Source: Azolla caroliniana (taxonomy: Eukaryota > Plantae > Polypodiophyta). From it: a DNA stretch of 64,000 nt. A program made the translations under genes and the position numbers. The notes under the pieces were generated by a model, which was not told the origin of the DNA, ran no database searches, and saw only the letters and a list, made by a program, of their open reading frames with translations. How positions within the stretch are numbered: position 1 is the stretch's first letter; each line of letters opens with the position of its first letter. Shown here one piece after another: positions 9,998 to 19,440 of this stretch. The stretch spans positions 15,996,001 to 16,060,000 of the forward strand of contig JBHGNT010000004.1 of assembly GCA_043228905.1 (NCBI GenBank), read 5' to 3'.

Positions 9998-11583
9998 GGT
10001 GCGTCAATCCGAGAATAGTGGAGCCGATGGTGATCTTCACGATTGACCATGTACCGTGGAACCTGAAGCCGATTCCGGTGCCACGAGCGCATATTCCAAA
10101 AGTCATTGACTTGCTCAAGGAGAAGGTGGCGATGGGGATTCTAGAGCCATCAACTGCTCCGTACTCAAATCGATGGTTTACGGTTCCGAAGAAGAATGGG
10201 TCACTCCGATTTATCCAAGACTTGCAACCGGTGAATAAGGTCACGATCCGGAACTCGGGAGTCGGTCCGATAGTGGACGAATTTGCGGAAGCTTTTGCCG
10301 GTCGTGCGATATACTCCATCGGAGACCTATACTCGGGGTATGACCAATTCCAACTAGCCGTGGAGAGCCGAGACATCACAACCATGCGAACACCGATAGG
10401 ATTAGTCCGAATGTGCACACTACCACAAGGAGCGACAAACTCGGTTGCTCATATGATGAACGCGATGAACAAGGTGCTTCGAGACTGCATTGCGGAGATA
10501 ACGATGCCGTTCCTCGATGACATTCCGATGAAAGGATGCGCGGTAGAAGAAAAAGATGAGACTATGGATGATCGGGGATGCCGAAAGTTCGTGGTCGACC
10601 ATATTCATGATTGCGAGAAAGTGTTGCGAAAGCTAGAGGATGTGCACCTAACACTTTCCGGGGAGAAATCGGCATTCGGGCAAGAAGAAATATTGGTGGT
10701 CGGACATCTATGTGGGCCCTACGGCCGAAGACCGTCACCAACAAAGATCGATGCGATTCAAGCTATGGAGGAAGTATGCGAGTCAACATCCGAAGTCCGA
10801 AGGTTTCTCGGTGCATGTGCATTCTATCACATATGGATTCCGCACTATGCACATATAGCGGATCCACTCTACCACTTGTTGCGGAAAGGTAAGAAATTCG
10901 AATGGAAACCGGAACACACCAAAGCCATGAAGAAATTGAAGAAGACACTTCGGAGGGCGGAAGCACTTAAGAAACCGAGCTATGACCGACCGATCATAGT
11001 AACGGTTGATACAAGTCCAACCGGTATCGGGTGGGTCATCAATCAAGCCGACTCGGATGGTTTGTGGTATCCGATCCGATTCGGAGCAAAGGTTCTCAAC
11101 GAAAGGCAACGTGGATATGCGCAAGTCAAAAGAGAACTGTGGGGAGTCGTGTCGGCGATAAAATCGGATCGGGATTATTTGATCGGAGCCGAAGTGGTGA
11201 TCGAGACGGATTGTCTTCCGATACTCGGGATGATGCGGTGTTGTACGATACCGGATGTAGCTATGCTAAGGTGGGTTGCATATGTCAAGTCGCTTAATCC
11301 GGAGGTTCGACACATCTCGGGGAAGGACAACGCGGTAGCGGATATGTTATCAAGGGCTCGGTTCGGAGACCACTACCCGCCGATAGCGAACAAAAGAGGA
11401 AAGAAGTCTCGGGAGATCCGACACTTCGGAAGTCCGTGGATATCGGACATGCCTTCATGGATGAGACCCGGAAGAAACTTCGGATCGGTGGAGGTGGGTT
11501 CCTATTACAAAAAGAAGAAGAACGGTTTCGCGAGATGTTGGAGCAATACGGCAAAGCATTTGCATTTACATCAAGGGAGATAG
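9850..11583 (+). CDS. Gypsy RT-RNase H, array copy 7
   Basis: 577-aa ORF identical to copy 1. Confidence 0.85.
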   Translation: MDIGHAFMDETRKKLRIGGGGFLLQKEEERFREMLEQYGKAFAFTSREIGCVNPRIVEPMVIFTIDHVPWNLKPIPVPRAHIPKVIDLLKEKVAMGILEPSTAPYSNRWFTVPKKNGSLRFIQDLQPVNKVTIRNSGVGPIVDEFAEAFAGRAIYSIGDLYSGYDQFQLAVESRDITTMRTPIGLVRMCTLPQGATNSVAHMMNAMNKVLRDCIAEITMPFLDDIPMKGCAVEEKDETMDDRGCRKFVVDHIHDCEKVLRKLEDVHLTLSGEKSAFGQEEILVVGHLCGPYGRRPSPTKIDAIQAMEEVCESTSEVRRFLGACAFYHIWIPHYAHIADPLYHLLRKGKKFEWKPEHTKAMKKLKKTLRRAEALKKPSYDRPIIVTVDTSPTGIGWVINQADSDGLWYPIRFGAKVLNERQRGYAQVKRELWGVVSAIKSDRDYLIGAEVVIETDCLPILGMMRCCTIPDVAMLRWVAYVKSLNPEVRHISGKDNAVADMLSRARFGDHYPPIANKRGKKSREIRHFGSPWISDMPSWMRPGRNFGSVEVGSYYKKKKNGFARCWSNTAKHLHLHQGR

Positions 11584-13007
11584 GGTGCGTCAATCCGAGA
11601 ATAGTGGAGCCGATGGTGATCTTCACGATTGACCATGTACCGTGGAACCTGAAGCCGATTCCGGTGCCACGAGCGCATATTCCAAAAGTCATTGACTTGC
11701 TCAAGGAGAAGGTGGCGATGGGGATTCTAGAGCCATCAACTGCTCCGTACTCAAATCGATGGTTTACGGTTCCGAAGAAGAATGGGTCACTCCGATTTAT
11801 CCAAGACTTGCAACCGGTGAATAAGGTCACGATCCGGAACTCGGGAGTCGGTCCGATAGTGGACGAATTTGCGGAAGCTTTTGCCGGTCGTGCGATATAC
11901 TCCATCGGAGACCTATACTCGGGGTATGACCAATTCCAACTAGCCGTGGAGAGCCGAGACATCACAACCATGCGAACACCGATAGGATTAGTCCGAATGT
12001 GCACACTACCACAAGGAGCGACAAACTCGGTTGCTCATATGATGAACGCGATGAACAAGGTGCTTCGAGACTGCATTGCGGAGATAACGATGCCGTTCCT
12101 CGATGACATTCCGATGAAAGGATGCGCGGTAGAAGAAAAAGATGAGACTATGGATGATCGGGGATGCCGAAAGTTCGTGGTCGACCATATTCATGATTGC
12201 GAGAAAGTGTTGCGAAAGCTAGAGGATGTGCACCTAACACTTTCCGGGGAGAAATCGGCATTCGGGCAAGAAGAAATATTGGTGGTCGGACATCTATGTG
12301 GGCCCTACGGCCGAAGACCGTCACCAACAAAGATCGATGCGATTCAAGCTATGGAGGAAGTATGCGAGTCAACATCCGAAGTCCGAAGGTTTCTCGGTGC
12401 ATGTGCATTCTATCACATATGGATTCCGCACTATGCACATATAGCGGATCCACTCTACCACTTGTTGCGGAAAGGTAAGAAATTCGAATGGAAACCGGAA
12501 CACACCAAAGCCATGAAGAAATTGAAGAAGACACTTCGGAGGGCGGAAGCACTTAAGAAACCGAGCTATGACCGACCGATCATAGTAACGGTTGATACAA
12601 GTCCAACCGGTATCGGGTGGGTCATCAATCAAGCCGACTCGGATGGTTTGTGGTATCCGATCCGATTCGGAGCAAAGGTTCTCAACGAAAGGCAACGTGG
12701 ATATGCGCAAGTCAAAAGAGAACTGTGGGGAGTCGTGTCGGCGATAAAATCGGATCGGGATTATTTGATCGGAGCCGAAGTGGTGATCGAGACGGATTGT
12801 CTTCCGATACTCGGGATGATGCGGTGTTGTACGATACCGGATGTAGCTATGCTAAGGTGGGTTGCATATGTCAAGTCGCTTAATCCGGAGGTTCGACACA
12901 TCTCGGGGAAGGACAACGCGGTAGCGGATATGTTATCAAGGGCTCGGTTCGGAGACCACTACCCGCCGATAGCGAACAAAAGAGGAAAGAAGTCTCGGGA
13001 GATCTGA
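11436..13007 (+). CDS. Gypsy RT-RNase H, array copy 8 (read-through tail shortened by C>T at 13005)
   Basis: 523-aa ORF; CGA>TGA at 13005-13007. Confidence 0.85.
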   Translation: MDIGHAFMDETRKKLRIGGGGFLLQKEEERFREMLEQYGKAFAFTSREIGCVNPRIVEPMVIFTIDHVPWNLKPIPVPRAHIPKVIDLLKEKVAMGILEPSTAPYSNRWFTVPKKNGSLRFIQDLQPVNKVTIRNSGVGPIVDEFAEAFAGRAIYSIGDLYSGYDQFQLAVESRDITTMRTPIGLVRMCTLPQGATNSVAHMMNAMNKVLRDCIAEITMPFLDDIPMKGCAVEEKDETMDDRGCRKFVVDHIHDCEKVLRKLEDVHLTLSGEKSAFGQEEILVVGHLCGPYGRRPSPTKIDAIQAMEEVCESTSEVRRFLGACAFYHIWIPHYAHIADPLYHLLRKGKKFEWKPEHTKAMKKLKKTLRRAEALKKPSYDRPIIVTVDTSPTGIGWVINQADSDGLWYPIRFGAKVLNERQRGYAQVKRELWGVVSAIKSDRDYLIGAEVVIETDCLPILGMMRCCTIPDVAMLRWVAYVKSLNPEVRHISGKDNAVADMLSRARFGDHYPPIANKRGKKSREI

Positions 13008-13021
13008 CACTTCGGAAGTCC

Positions 13022-14560
13022 GTGGATATCGGACATGCCTTCATGGATGAGACCCGGAAGAAACTTCGGATCGGTGGAGGTGGGTTCCTATTACAAAAAG
13101 AAGAAGAACGGTTTCGCGAGATGTTGGAGCAATACGGCAAAGCATTTGCATTTACATCAAGGGAGATAGGGTGCGTCAATCCGAGAATAGTGGAGCCGAT
13201 GGTGATCTTCACGATTGACCATGTACCGTGGAACCTGAAGCCGATTCCGGTGCCACGAGCGCATATTCCAAAAGTCATTGACTTGCTCAAGGAGAAGGTG
13301 GCGATGGGGATTCTAGAGCCATCAACTGCTCCGTACTCAAATCGATGGTTTACGGTTCCGAAGAAGAATGGGTCACTCCGATTTATCCAAGACTTGCAAC
13401 CGGTGAATAAGGTCACGATCCGGAACTCGGGAGTCGGTCCGATAGTGGACGAATTTGCGGAAGCTTTTGCCGGTCGTGCGATATACTCCATCGGAGACCT
13501 ATACTCGGGGTATGACCAATTCCAACTAGCCGTGGAGAGCCGAGACATCACAACCATGCGAACACCGATAGGATTAGTCCGAATGTGCACACTACCACAA
13601 GGAGCGACAAACTCGGTTGCTCATATGATGAACGCGATGAACAAGGTGCTTCGAGACTGCATTGCGGAGATAACGATGCCGTTCCTCGATGACATTCCGA
13701 TGAAAGGATGCGCGGTAGAAGAAAAAGATGAGACTATGGATGATCGGGGATGCCGAAAGTTCGTGGTCGACCATATTCATGATTGCGAGAAAGTGTTGCG
13801 AAAGCTAGAGGATGTGCACCTAACACTTTCCGGGGAGAAATCGGCATTCGGGCAAGAAGAAATATTGGTGGTCGGACATCTATGTGGGCCCTACGGCCGA
13901 AGACCGTCACCAACAAAGATCGATGCGATTCAAGCTATGGAGGAAGTATGCGAGTCAACATCCGAAGTCCGAAGGTTTCTCGGTGCATGTGCATTCTATC
14001 ACATATGGATTCCGCACTATGCACATATAGCGGATCCACTCTACCACTTGTTGCGGAAAGGTAAGAAATTCGAATGGAAACCGGAACACACCAAAGCCAT
14101 GAAGAAATTGAAGAAGACACTTCGGAGGGCGGAAGCACTTAAGAAACCGAGCTATGACCGACCGATCATAGTAACGGTTGATACAAGTCCAACCGGTATC
14201 GGGTGGGTCATCAATCAAGCCGACTCGGATGGTTTGTGGTATCCGATCCGATTCGGAGCAAAGGTTCTCAACGAAAGGCAACGTGGATATGCGCAAGTCA
14301 AAAGAGAACTGTGGGGAGTCGTGTCGGCGATAAAATCGGATCGGGATTATTTGATCGTAGCCGAAGTGGTGATCGAGACGGATTGTCTTCCGATACTCGG
14401 GATGATGCGGTGTTGTACGATACCGGATGTAGCTATGCTAAGGTGGGTTGCATATGTCAAGTCGCTTAATCCGGAGGTTCGACACATCTCGGGGAAGGAC
14501 AACGCGGTAGCGGATATGTTATCAAGGGCTCGGTTCGGAGACCACTACAGAATCGGATAA
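13022..14560 (+). CDS. Gypsy RT-RNase H, terminal array copy 9 (G>V variant at 14358), frameshifted relative to integrase
   Basis: 512-aa ORF ending ...RFGDHYRIG*; downstream pol (TESDNEEVSEDYF...) is in the +1 frame. Confidence 0.85.
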   Translation: MDIGHAFMDETRKKLRIGGGGFLLQKEEERFREMLEQYGKAFAFTSREIGCVNPRIVEPMVIFTIDHVPWNLKPIPVPRAHIPKVIDLLKEKVAMGILEPSTAPYSNRWFTVPKKNGSLRFIQDLQPVNKVTIRNSGVGPIVDEFAEAFAGRAIYSIGDLYSGYDQFQLAVESRDITTMRTPIGLVRMCTLPQGATNSVAHMMNAMNKVLRDCIAEITMPFLDDIPMKGCAVEEKDETMDDRGCRKFVVDHIHDCEKVLRKLEDVHLTLSGEKSAFGQEEILVVGHLCGPYGRRPSPTKIDAIQAMEEVCESTSEVRRFLGACAFYHIWIPHYAHIADPLYHLLRKGKKFEWKPEHTKAMKKLKKTLRRAEALKKPSYDRPIIVTVDTSPTGIGWVINQADSDGLWYPIRFGAKVLNERQRGYAQVKRELWGVVSAIKSDRDYLIVAEVVIETDCLPILGMMRCCTIPDVAMLRWVAYVKSLNPEVRHISGKDNAVADMLSRARFGDHYRIG

Positions 14561-14654
14561 TGAAGAAGTTTCCGAAGACTACTTCGCGTCGGAGCACATA
14601 TGCCGAGTAAACGTAATCCGAGAATTCCGGGAAGAAGAATACGAGGGAGAAAGC

Positions 14655-16163
14655 TTGATGATCGGAAAGATGTTACAAGAGGCCGAGGATTCAACAAACG
14701 ATAAAGCAAGAAGAGCCGAGATCCGAAGGAAGAAGAGGCAAGTCCAAAAGTTCTTCTTGGAAAACGGATTAATATGGAGGGCGCCGAAAAGACCGGATGG
14801 TATACCACTTCGAGTAGTCGGGACAAAAGAGCAACAAGACCGGATAATGTCCGAGTTTCACGAATCCGATTGGGATGGACACCGAGGAACATGGGCAACA
14901 TTTGTGAAGATCAAGCAAAAATATTGGTGGAAGAAAATGTACAAAGATGTTGCGGAGTTCACGGAAAGCTGCGAGAAATGTCAAGTCTACTCCAGGGTTC
15001 GACATCGAGATGAGTTACATCCGACATTCTCACCGACCATCGACTTCAAGTGGATGGTTGAAATAGTGGCCATGCCGACCGGGATCGGACAAAAGAAATA
15101 CTTGGTATTAGCTCGGGAAGATCTCACGAATCAAGTAGAAGGTCGAGCGCTTCAGAGGAAAACGTGTTCCGCGGTATGCCAATTTCTTTTGGAGGAAGTA
15201 TTTTGCAGGTACGGGTGCGTAGGACAAGTGATTGCGGACCGGGGAGAACTCGACTCGGACAAAGCTAGGGGATTCTTCGCTAAACACGGAGTTCGGTTAT
15301 CGCTGACAACGGCATACAATCCGGAGGCCAACGGGAAAATCGAACGAGGACATAGTCCGATCGTGAAAGCACTTGCGAAGGCATGCGATGGAAAGGTGAA
15401 GGACTGGCCGCAGATGCTTCCGTATGCACTATGGGCGGATCGGACGACGCATAGTTCCATAACCGGTTACATGCCGGCAGAACTCATGACCGGACAAGCA
15501 CCGGTAATGCCGACGGAAACCGCGATCGCAACATGGACAATGCTACCGTGGAAAGAAGAGATGAGCCGGGAAGAACTACTAGCGGTCCGGATACGACAAC
15601 TAGAGGGAAGACCGGCAGACATAGCAGAAGCAATACGCCGACAACAAGAAGCACGATTCAGGAACAAAAGCCGGTTCGACACAAAGCACCGACTACGACC
15701 GAGGAGGATTGAAGAAGGAGATTGGGTGATCGTCTATGACAGTAGTTTGGACCATCAACATACAACGATGCGGAAATTCGCGAAAAGGTGGTTCGGGCCA
15801 TACGAGGTTCGGAAAGTCTTCGACAACGGAACGTACCGACTGTCCGAGTTGGATGGGACAATACTACGAGTGCCTATAGCCGGGAAGCGGGTGAAGATTT
15901 TCAAGAAGCGGACCGACGACAAACCCTATGTGATCCAAGCCAAGGCCGACAACGAGGAGCAATCGGACGAAGACCACGGTGATGCAGGAAGCGAAGAAAG
16001 TGAATTACAACTCATAGTCGACATAAGGGGAGAATCGGAGGAAGCTTTGGGTGAAGACGGATATGGGGGATCGAGAACTTCGGCACATATCGGAGGATGT
16101 GCGGGTTCGGAGGGGGCGAATGTCGTAGTGTATTCCACACACTACGTGAAAACCATAAAATAA
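14655..16163 (+). CDS. Gypsy integrase (HHCC zinc finger, DDE core, GPY/F motif)
   Basis: H-ESDWDG-H...C-EK-C; IADRGE; PEANGKIERGH; WFGPY; first catalytic Asp appears as Glu (WMVEIV vs LVDIV in the relative near 61390). Confidence 0.9.
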   Translation: MMIGKMLQEAEDSTNDKARRAEIRRKKRQVQKFFLENGLIWRAPKRPDGIPLRVVGTKEQQDRIMSEFHESDWDGHRGTWATFVKIKQKYWWKKMYKDVAEFTESCEKCQVYSRVRHRDELHPTFSPTIDFKWMVEIVAMPTGIGQKKYLVLAREDLTNQVEGRALQRKTCSAVCQFLLEEVFCRYGCVGQVIADRGELDSDKARGFFAKHGVRLSLTTAYNPEANGKIERGHSPIVKALAKACDGKVKDWPQMLPYALWADRTTHSSITGYMPAELMTGQAPVMPTETAIATWTMLPWKEEMSREELLAVRIRQLEGRPADIAEAIRRQQEARFRNKSRFDTKHRLRPRRIEEGDWVIVYDSSLDHQHTTMRKFAKRWFGPYEVRKVFDNGTYRLSELDGTILRVPIAGKRVKIFKKRTDDKPYVIQAKADNEEQSDEDHGDAGSEESELQLIVDIRGESEEALGEDGYGGSRTSAHIGGCAGSEGANVVVYSTHYVKTIK

Positions 16164-16827
16164 TATATCCGATTTTAGATACATATAACTAGATAAATAA
16201 TATATCAAAAGAATTTATCACGTGCATAGGGCAGGATTCAAACCATGCACCTCCACATAGATAAACCCCAACTTTACCATTGTAATAACTTATCTTTAGT
16301 GTTATAAATATAGATTTAATACGTATAAGACCTTTATTTACACATACCTTTATTAAAAGGTAAAAATCATGTATTCTTTAGAGTGTGAATATTTTATTTA
16401 CACGTGACATTAAAAGTGACTCATGCACATCTAGCGTGCATGAGCCCTATATTTAGGAAATGACAAAGCATCACATGCACATTTAGTGTGCATGGACACT
16501 TTAGGTGAAAAAGCATGAAGCCATGCTTAGCCTCTTCCATCTTTATATAAGGAGGAGAAAAATATGTATATGGTTGTTGATTAATATAGAAGAATTGATC
16601 AATCTAATATATTCGTGGGGATTCACGAATTTTGCCATCTAAATTACTCTTATAATCTAAATATTGTTTTAAAATACACAAAACTCGTGGGATTCACGAG
16701 ATTACTATCTTACTTCTCTTCCTACTATTCATAATTAGCCTTAAGTTGTATTCCTCTTCCTCCTAGTCCAAAACCTCGGCGGTTCCCACCCGACTCACGC
16801 AACGATCCGGAGCCGAAAGGCACGACA
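16121..16827 (+). repeat. 3' LTR (707 bp) of the array-bearing Gypsy
   Basis: TGTCGT...ACGACA inverted termini, preceded by PPT 16109-16120. Confidence 0.85.
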
Positions 16828-16891
16828 ACGTAACCCCCTTGGGAGGGGGGTGGAGCCATTTTAGGCTTCACCCCCTACCCATTAACACTTT

Positions 16892-16909
16892 TGGCACGCC
16901 TGGTGGTAC
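16892..16909 (+). promoter_or_regulatory. Primer binding site, tRNA-Arg type (TGGCACGCCTGGTGGTAC)
   Basis: TGG-initial, 4 nt after LTR end CA; resembles the complement of a plant tRNA-Arg 3' end (from memory). Confidence 0.7.
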
Positions 16910-17104
16910 AACCCTCCCTTGAGAGGAAGTTTGTCTCTCTCTCTAAGGCCATACCATCGTTTCCTTTGTCTACAGATGTTCTCTCTCTCTCTCTGTGTGC
17001 CTATCCCCTCCTTCCGTCATCATCATCAATGAAGCACGCCATCTCTGAGCCCCCCTCCCCCCCCCCAATGGAAGCAAGAATATGAATGGAAGCAAGAAGA
17101 GAGG

Positions 17105-17400
17105 GGCATTCAAAAAGCGCGAGGGCAGATCAAAAAAGTTCAAAAATTGGAGGGCATCACAACCGAATTTCAGAAGTTCAAGGGCAGATGACGGAATTTC
17201 AAAAGCTTGAGGTCATGAGACCAAATTTCAAAAATAGGAGGGTAGAAGACAAATTTTCAAAAGCTCAAGGGCAGAAGATGAAATTTAAATAAATTCAAAA
17301 GCTCAAGGGTAGAAGAGAATATTAAGAAAAAAAAAATAGGACGGCCTATGATAAAAAGTTTTAAAAATTTTGAGGGCAAAATTTTAAAGACCAAAGGCTA
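17105..17400 (+). repeat. Diverged ~29-bp tandem repeats (AATTTCAAAAGCTCAAGGGCAGA-like), ~7-9 copies
   Basis: Recurring TTCAAAA...GAGGGCAG/AAGGGCAG units. Confidence 0.65.
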
Positions 17401-17653
17401 CAAAATATAAAACTCACTTCACATTATGGAAGAAAGAATATACAAATGCACAACACGATTTCACGACCCATGCCACAGTGAGCTAGCCGATTGGCGTATG
17501 ATCCAATCACGTCTTGTGTTGACCGAACGAGAAGGTTTGAGTAAAGCAAAGCTCTGATCGAAGTTGTTGATCGTAGAGCAGTGATCTGGTCAAGGGATTT
17601 CCGACCGTTGAGATGACCAATGGAGTTCCGATCGAGAAGAGTTATCATGGCGA

Positions 17654-17693
17654 GTGGGTTCACCGTGCAATGCACTGTCCCACAGGTGTGCCA
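17654..17693 (+). other. tRNA-3'-end-like 40-nt motif occupying the PPT position
   Basis: GTGGGTTCACCGTGCAATGCACTGTCCCACAGGTGTGCCA, then TG, then LTR TGTTA. Confidence 0.75.
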
Positions 17694-17695
17694 TG

Positions 17696-18039
17696 TGTTA
17701 CCCGTAAGAATATATGGGGAGGCATAAGGGTATGTGTAATGATGTGGTTGATGTGTATGTGTAAAGTAAATCAGTGTGTGAGGATGAGTATGTGTATGGA
17801 CACATGCACATAATTGTGCATGTGTACAAGAATGTGTAATGGTCTTATTTATAACGGTCATGTAACCGTTACATTGGATGTATTATATAAACCCCCTATG
17901 GGGTATGTAATGAGATATACATTTTCCCCCTCTCATTTTGTATCACTTCTTATTTTCACTGTCCTTGTTTCTCTTTCTCACGTAACCCCCTTGGGAGGGG
18001 GGTGGAGCCATTTTAGGCTTCACCCCCTACCCATTAACA
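17696..18039 (+). repeat. 3' LTR (344 bp) of the TRIM-like element
   Basis: TGTTA...TAACA termini; 3' ~60 bp duplicated at 16828-16887. Confidence 0.8.
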
Positions 18040-18094
18040 AAGTGGTTAAGACTAGGTTATGGCCGAGCACTATTCCTCACAATTGTATCAGAGC

Positions 18095-19440
18095 ATGGAA
18101 GATTCATTCAGCGGCATGTTCAAGCTCACCGGCTCCAACTACACAGTGTGGAAGTCGAAGATGAGGGATATGTTGGTGGTCAAAGATCTCTGGCTGTCGG
18201 TGCAGTTTGAGGAAAAAAAACCGGACAAGATTGATGTCACAATTTGGGAAGTGATGCACATAAAGAAGACGTGATACATTCGATGCTTCATTGACATGAG
18301 CTTGTACACAAGAGGCCCATGTGATCTAGGAGAAAATCGGCACCATGTTGGAGAGCAAGAACACCGTAAATTGGGTTTCAATATTTCGGAAGTTAGCGAG
18401 ACTCCAGTACCAAGACGGATCCAACATGGCAGAGCACATGACTGCATTCCAAGAGCTGATAAACCAAACAACCTCGTTGGAAGTACCTCTAGCCGACGAG
18501 GTACTCACATTCCTGCTGGGTAGTTGGGAGCCGCTAGTTGTCACTTTGGGCAACGTCGGGCCGGAAGGAAAACACATGTCCCTAGCAAGGGTAAAATCAA
18601 GCTTGCTGGATGAAGAAGCTCACTGAAAGGACCGGGAATCTGGAGCTGATCCGAAGGCCTTGGTCACGAAAGACGACCATAACTGGGGAAGACGCTGGAA
18701 TCGGAGTCCCCAGAACCGGGACAAATCGGGGTCGAGGTCGAAGTCAAGGGGGAGTCCCACTTGCTTTTATTGCGGAAATTTGGGGCACTTCTAGAAGAAT
18801 TGCCGACACTTCCGGAAAGCCAAAGGGGGAGTCAACATTCCGGAACCGAAGAAGATATCGGAAAGGAGGGGAACGTTGGAAATTTCGACAAGTGAAAATG
18901 AGCTACATCTTGTTGAAACAACGTGGGTGGTCGACTCCGGCACGTCGTTCCATCTGACTCCCGACCGGAAGCGCTTCTCATCTTATAGAGCTGGATATCA
19001 CAGTTCTGTCTGGATGGGAAATGAAGGTGCATGCCGAATTGTCGGCATAGGAGATGTGTGGTTGATGACATCAACCGGGTGCAAGCTGCTACTGAAAGAC
19101 ATACGACACATTCCAGAGGTTCAATTGAACCTGATATCAACCCGTAGCATCCGGAACAAAGTCATGAAGTTTTGCAAAGAAAGCTTGATCGTGGCCCGAG
19201 CCCGGAAGATAAACACGTTGTACCTTATGCATGCCCGGATATGCTGGGAAGAACTGGACATGATATCCGACACTTCTTGTGAGTTATGGCACAAGAGGTA
19301 GTGTCAGATGAGCCAGAAGGGAATGCAGAGACTTGCCGAGGATAACCTCATTCCGGAGGTGAAACACGTGTAGCTTGAGAAGTGCACCGACTGCTTGGCC
19401 GGCAAGCAAAATCGAATCTCTTTCCAGACAAGACCATGAC
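18095..19440 (+). pseudogene. Copia gag-protease-pre-integrase with stops and frameshifts
   Basis: MEDSFSGMFKLTGSNY, CFYCGNLGH zinc knuckle, WVVDSGTSFHLT, LWHKR. Confidence 0.85.

Larger units (their letters stand above)
1..14548 (+). repeat. Head-to-tail tandem array of a 1586-bp RT-RNase H unit; units start at 344, 1930 (gapped), 3447, 5033, 6619, 8205, 9791, 11377, 12963, plus partial 1-343
   Basis: Identical ORF set recurs with period 1586; junction GGAGACCACTAC|CCGCCGATAG at each boundary; last unit exits as GGAGACCACTAC|AGAATCGG. Confidence 0.97.
1..16827 (+). mobile_element. Ty3/Gypsy LTR retrotransposon (5' part outside window) with tandemly amplified RT-RNase H, followed by integrase, PPT and 3' LTR
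   Basis: RT-RH-INT domain order; G-rich PPT GGAGGGGGCGAA directly before an LTR with TGTCGT...ACGACA termini. Confidence 0.93.
16828..18039 (+). mobile_element. Small non-autonomous (TRIM-like) LTR element; 5' LTR split by the Gypsy insertion; ~0.8 kb non-coding interior
   Basis: 16828-16887 repeats the end of LTR 17696-18039 (TGTTA...TAACA); PBS at 16892; no pol ORF. Confidence 0.8.

Noticed and set aside
1-14548. Prokaryotic RT system (retron, DGR, group II intron, defence RT) or telomere-type retroelement array
   Set aside because: The RT is followed by Ty3/Gypsy RNase H, an HHCC/DDE/GPY integrase, a PPT and an LTR; the context is a plant LTR element
17696-18039. Retrozyme (hammerhead) or Cassandra 5S domain in the TRIM-like LTR
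   Set aside because: No CTGAnGA...GAAA hammerhead core or 5S rRNA similarity seen by eye
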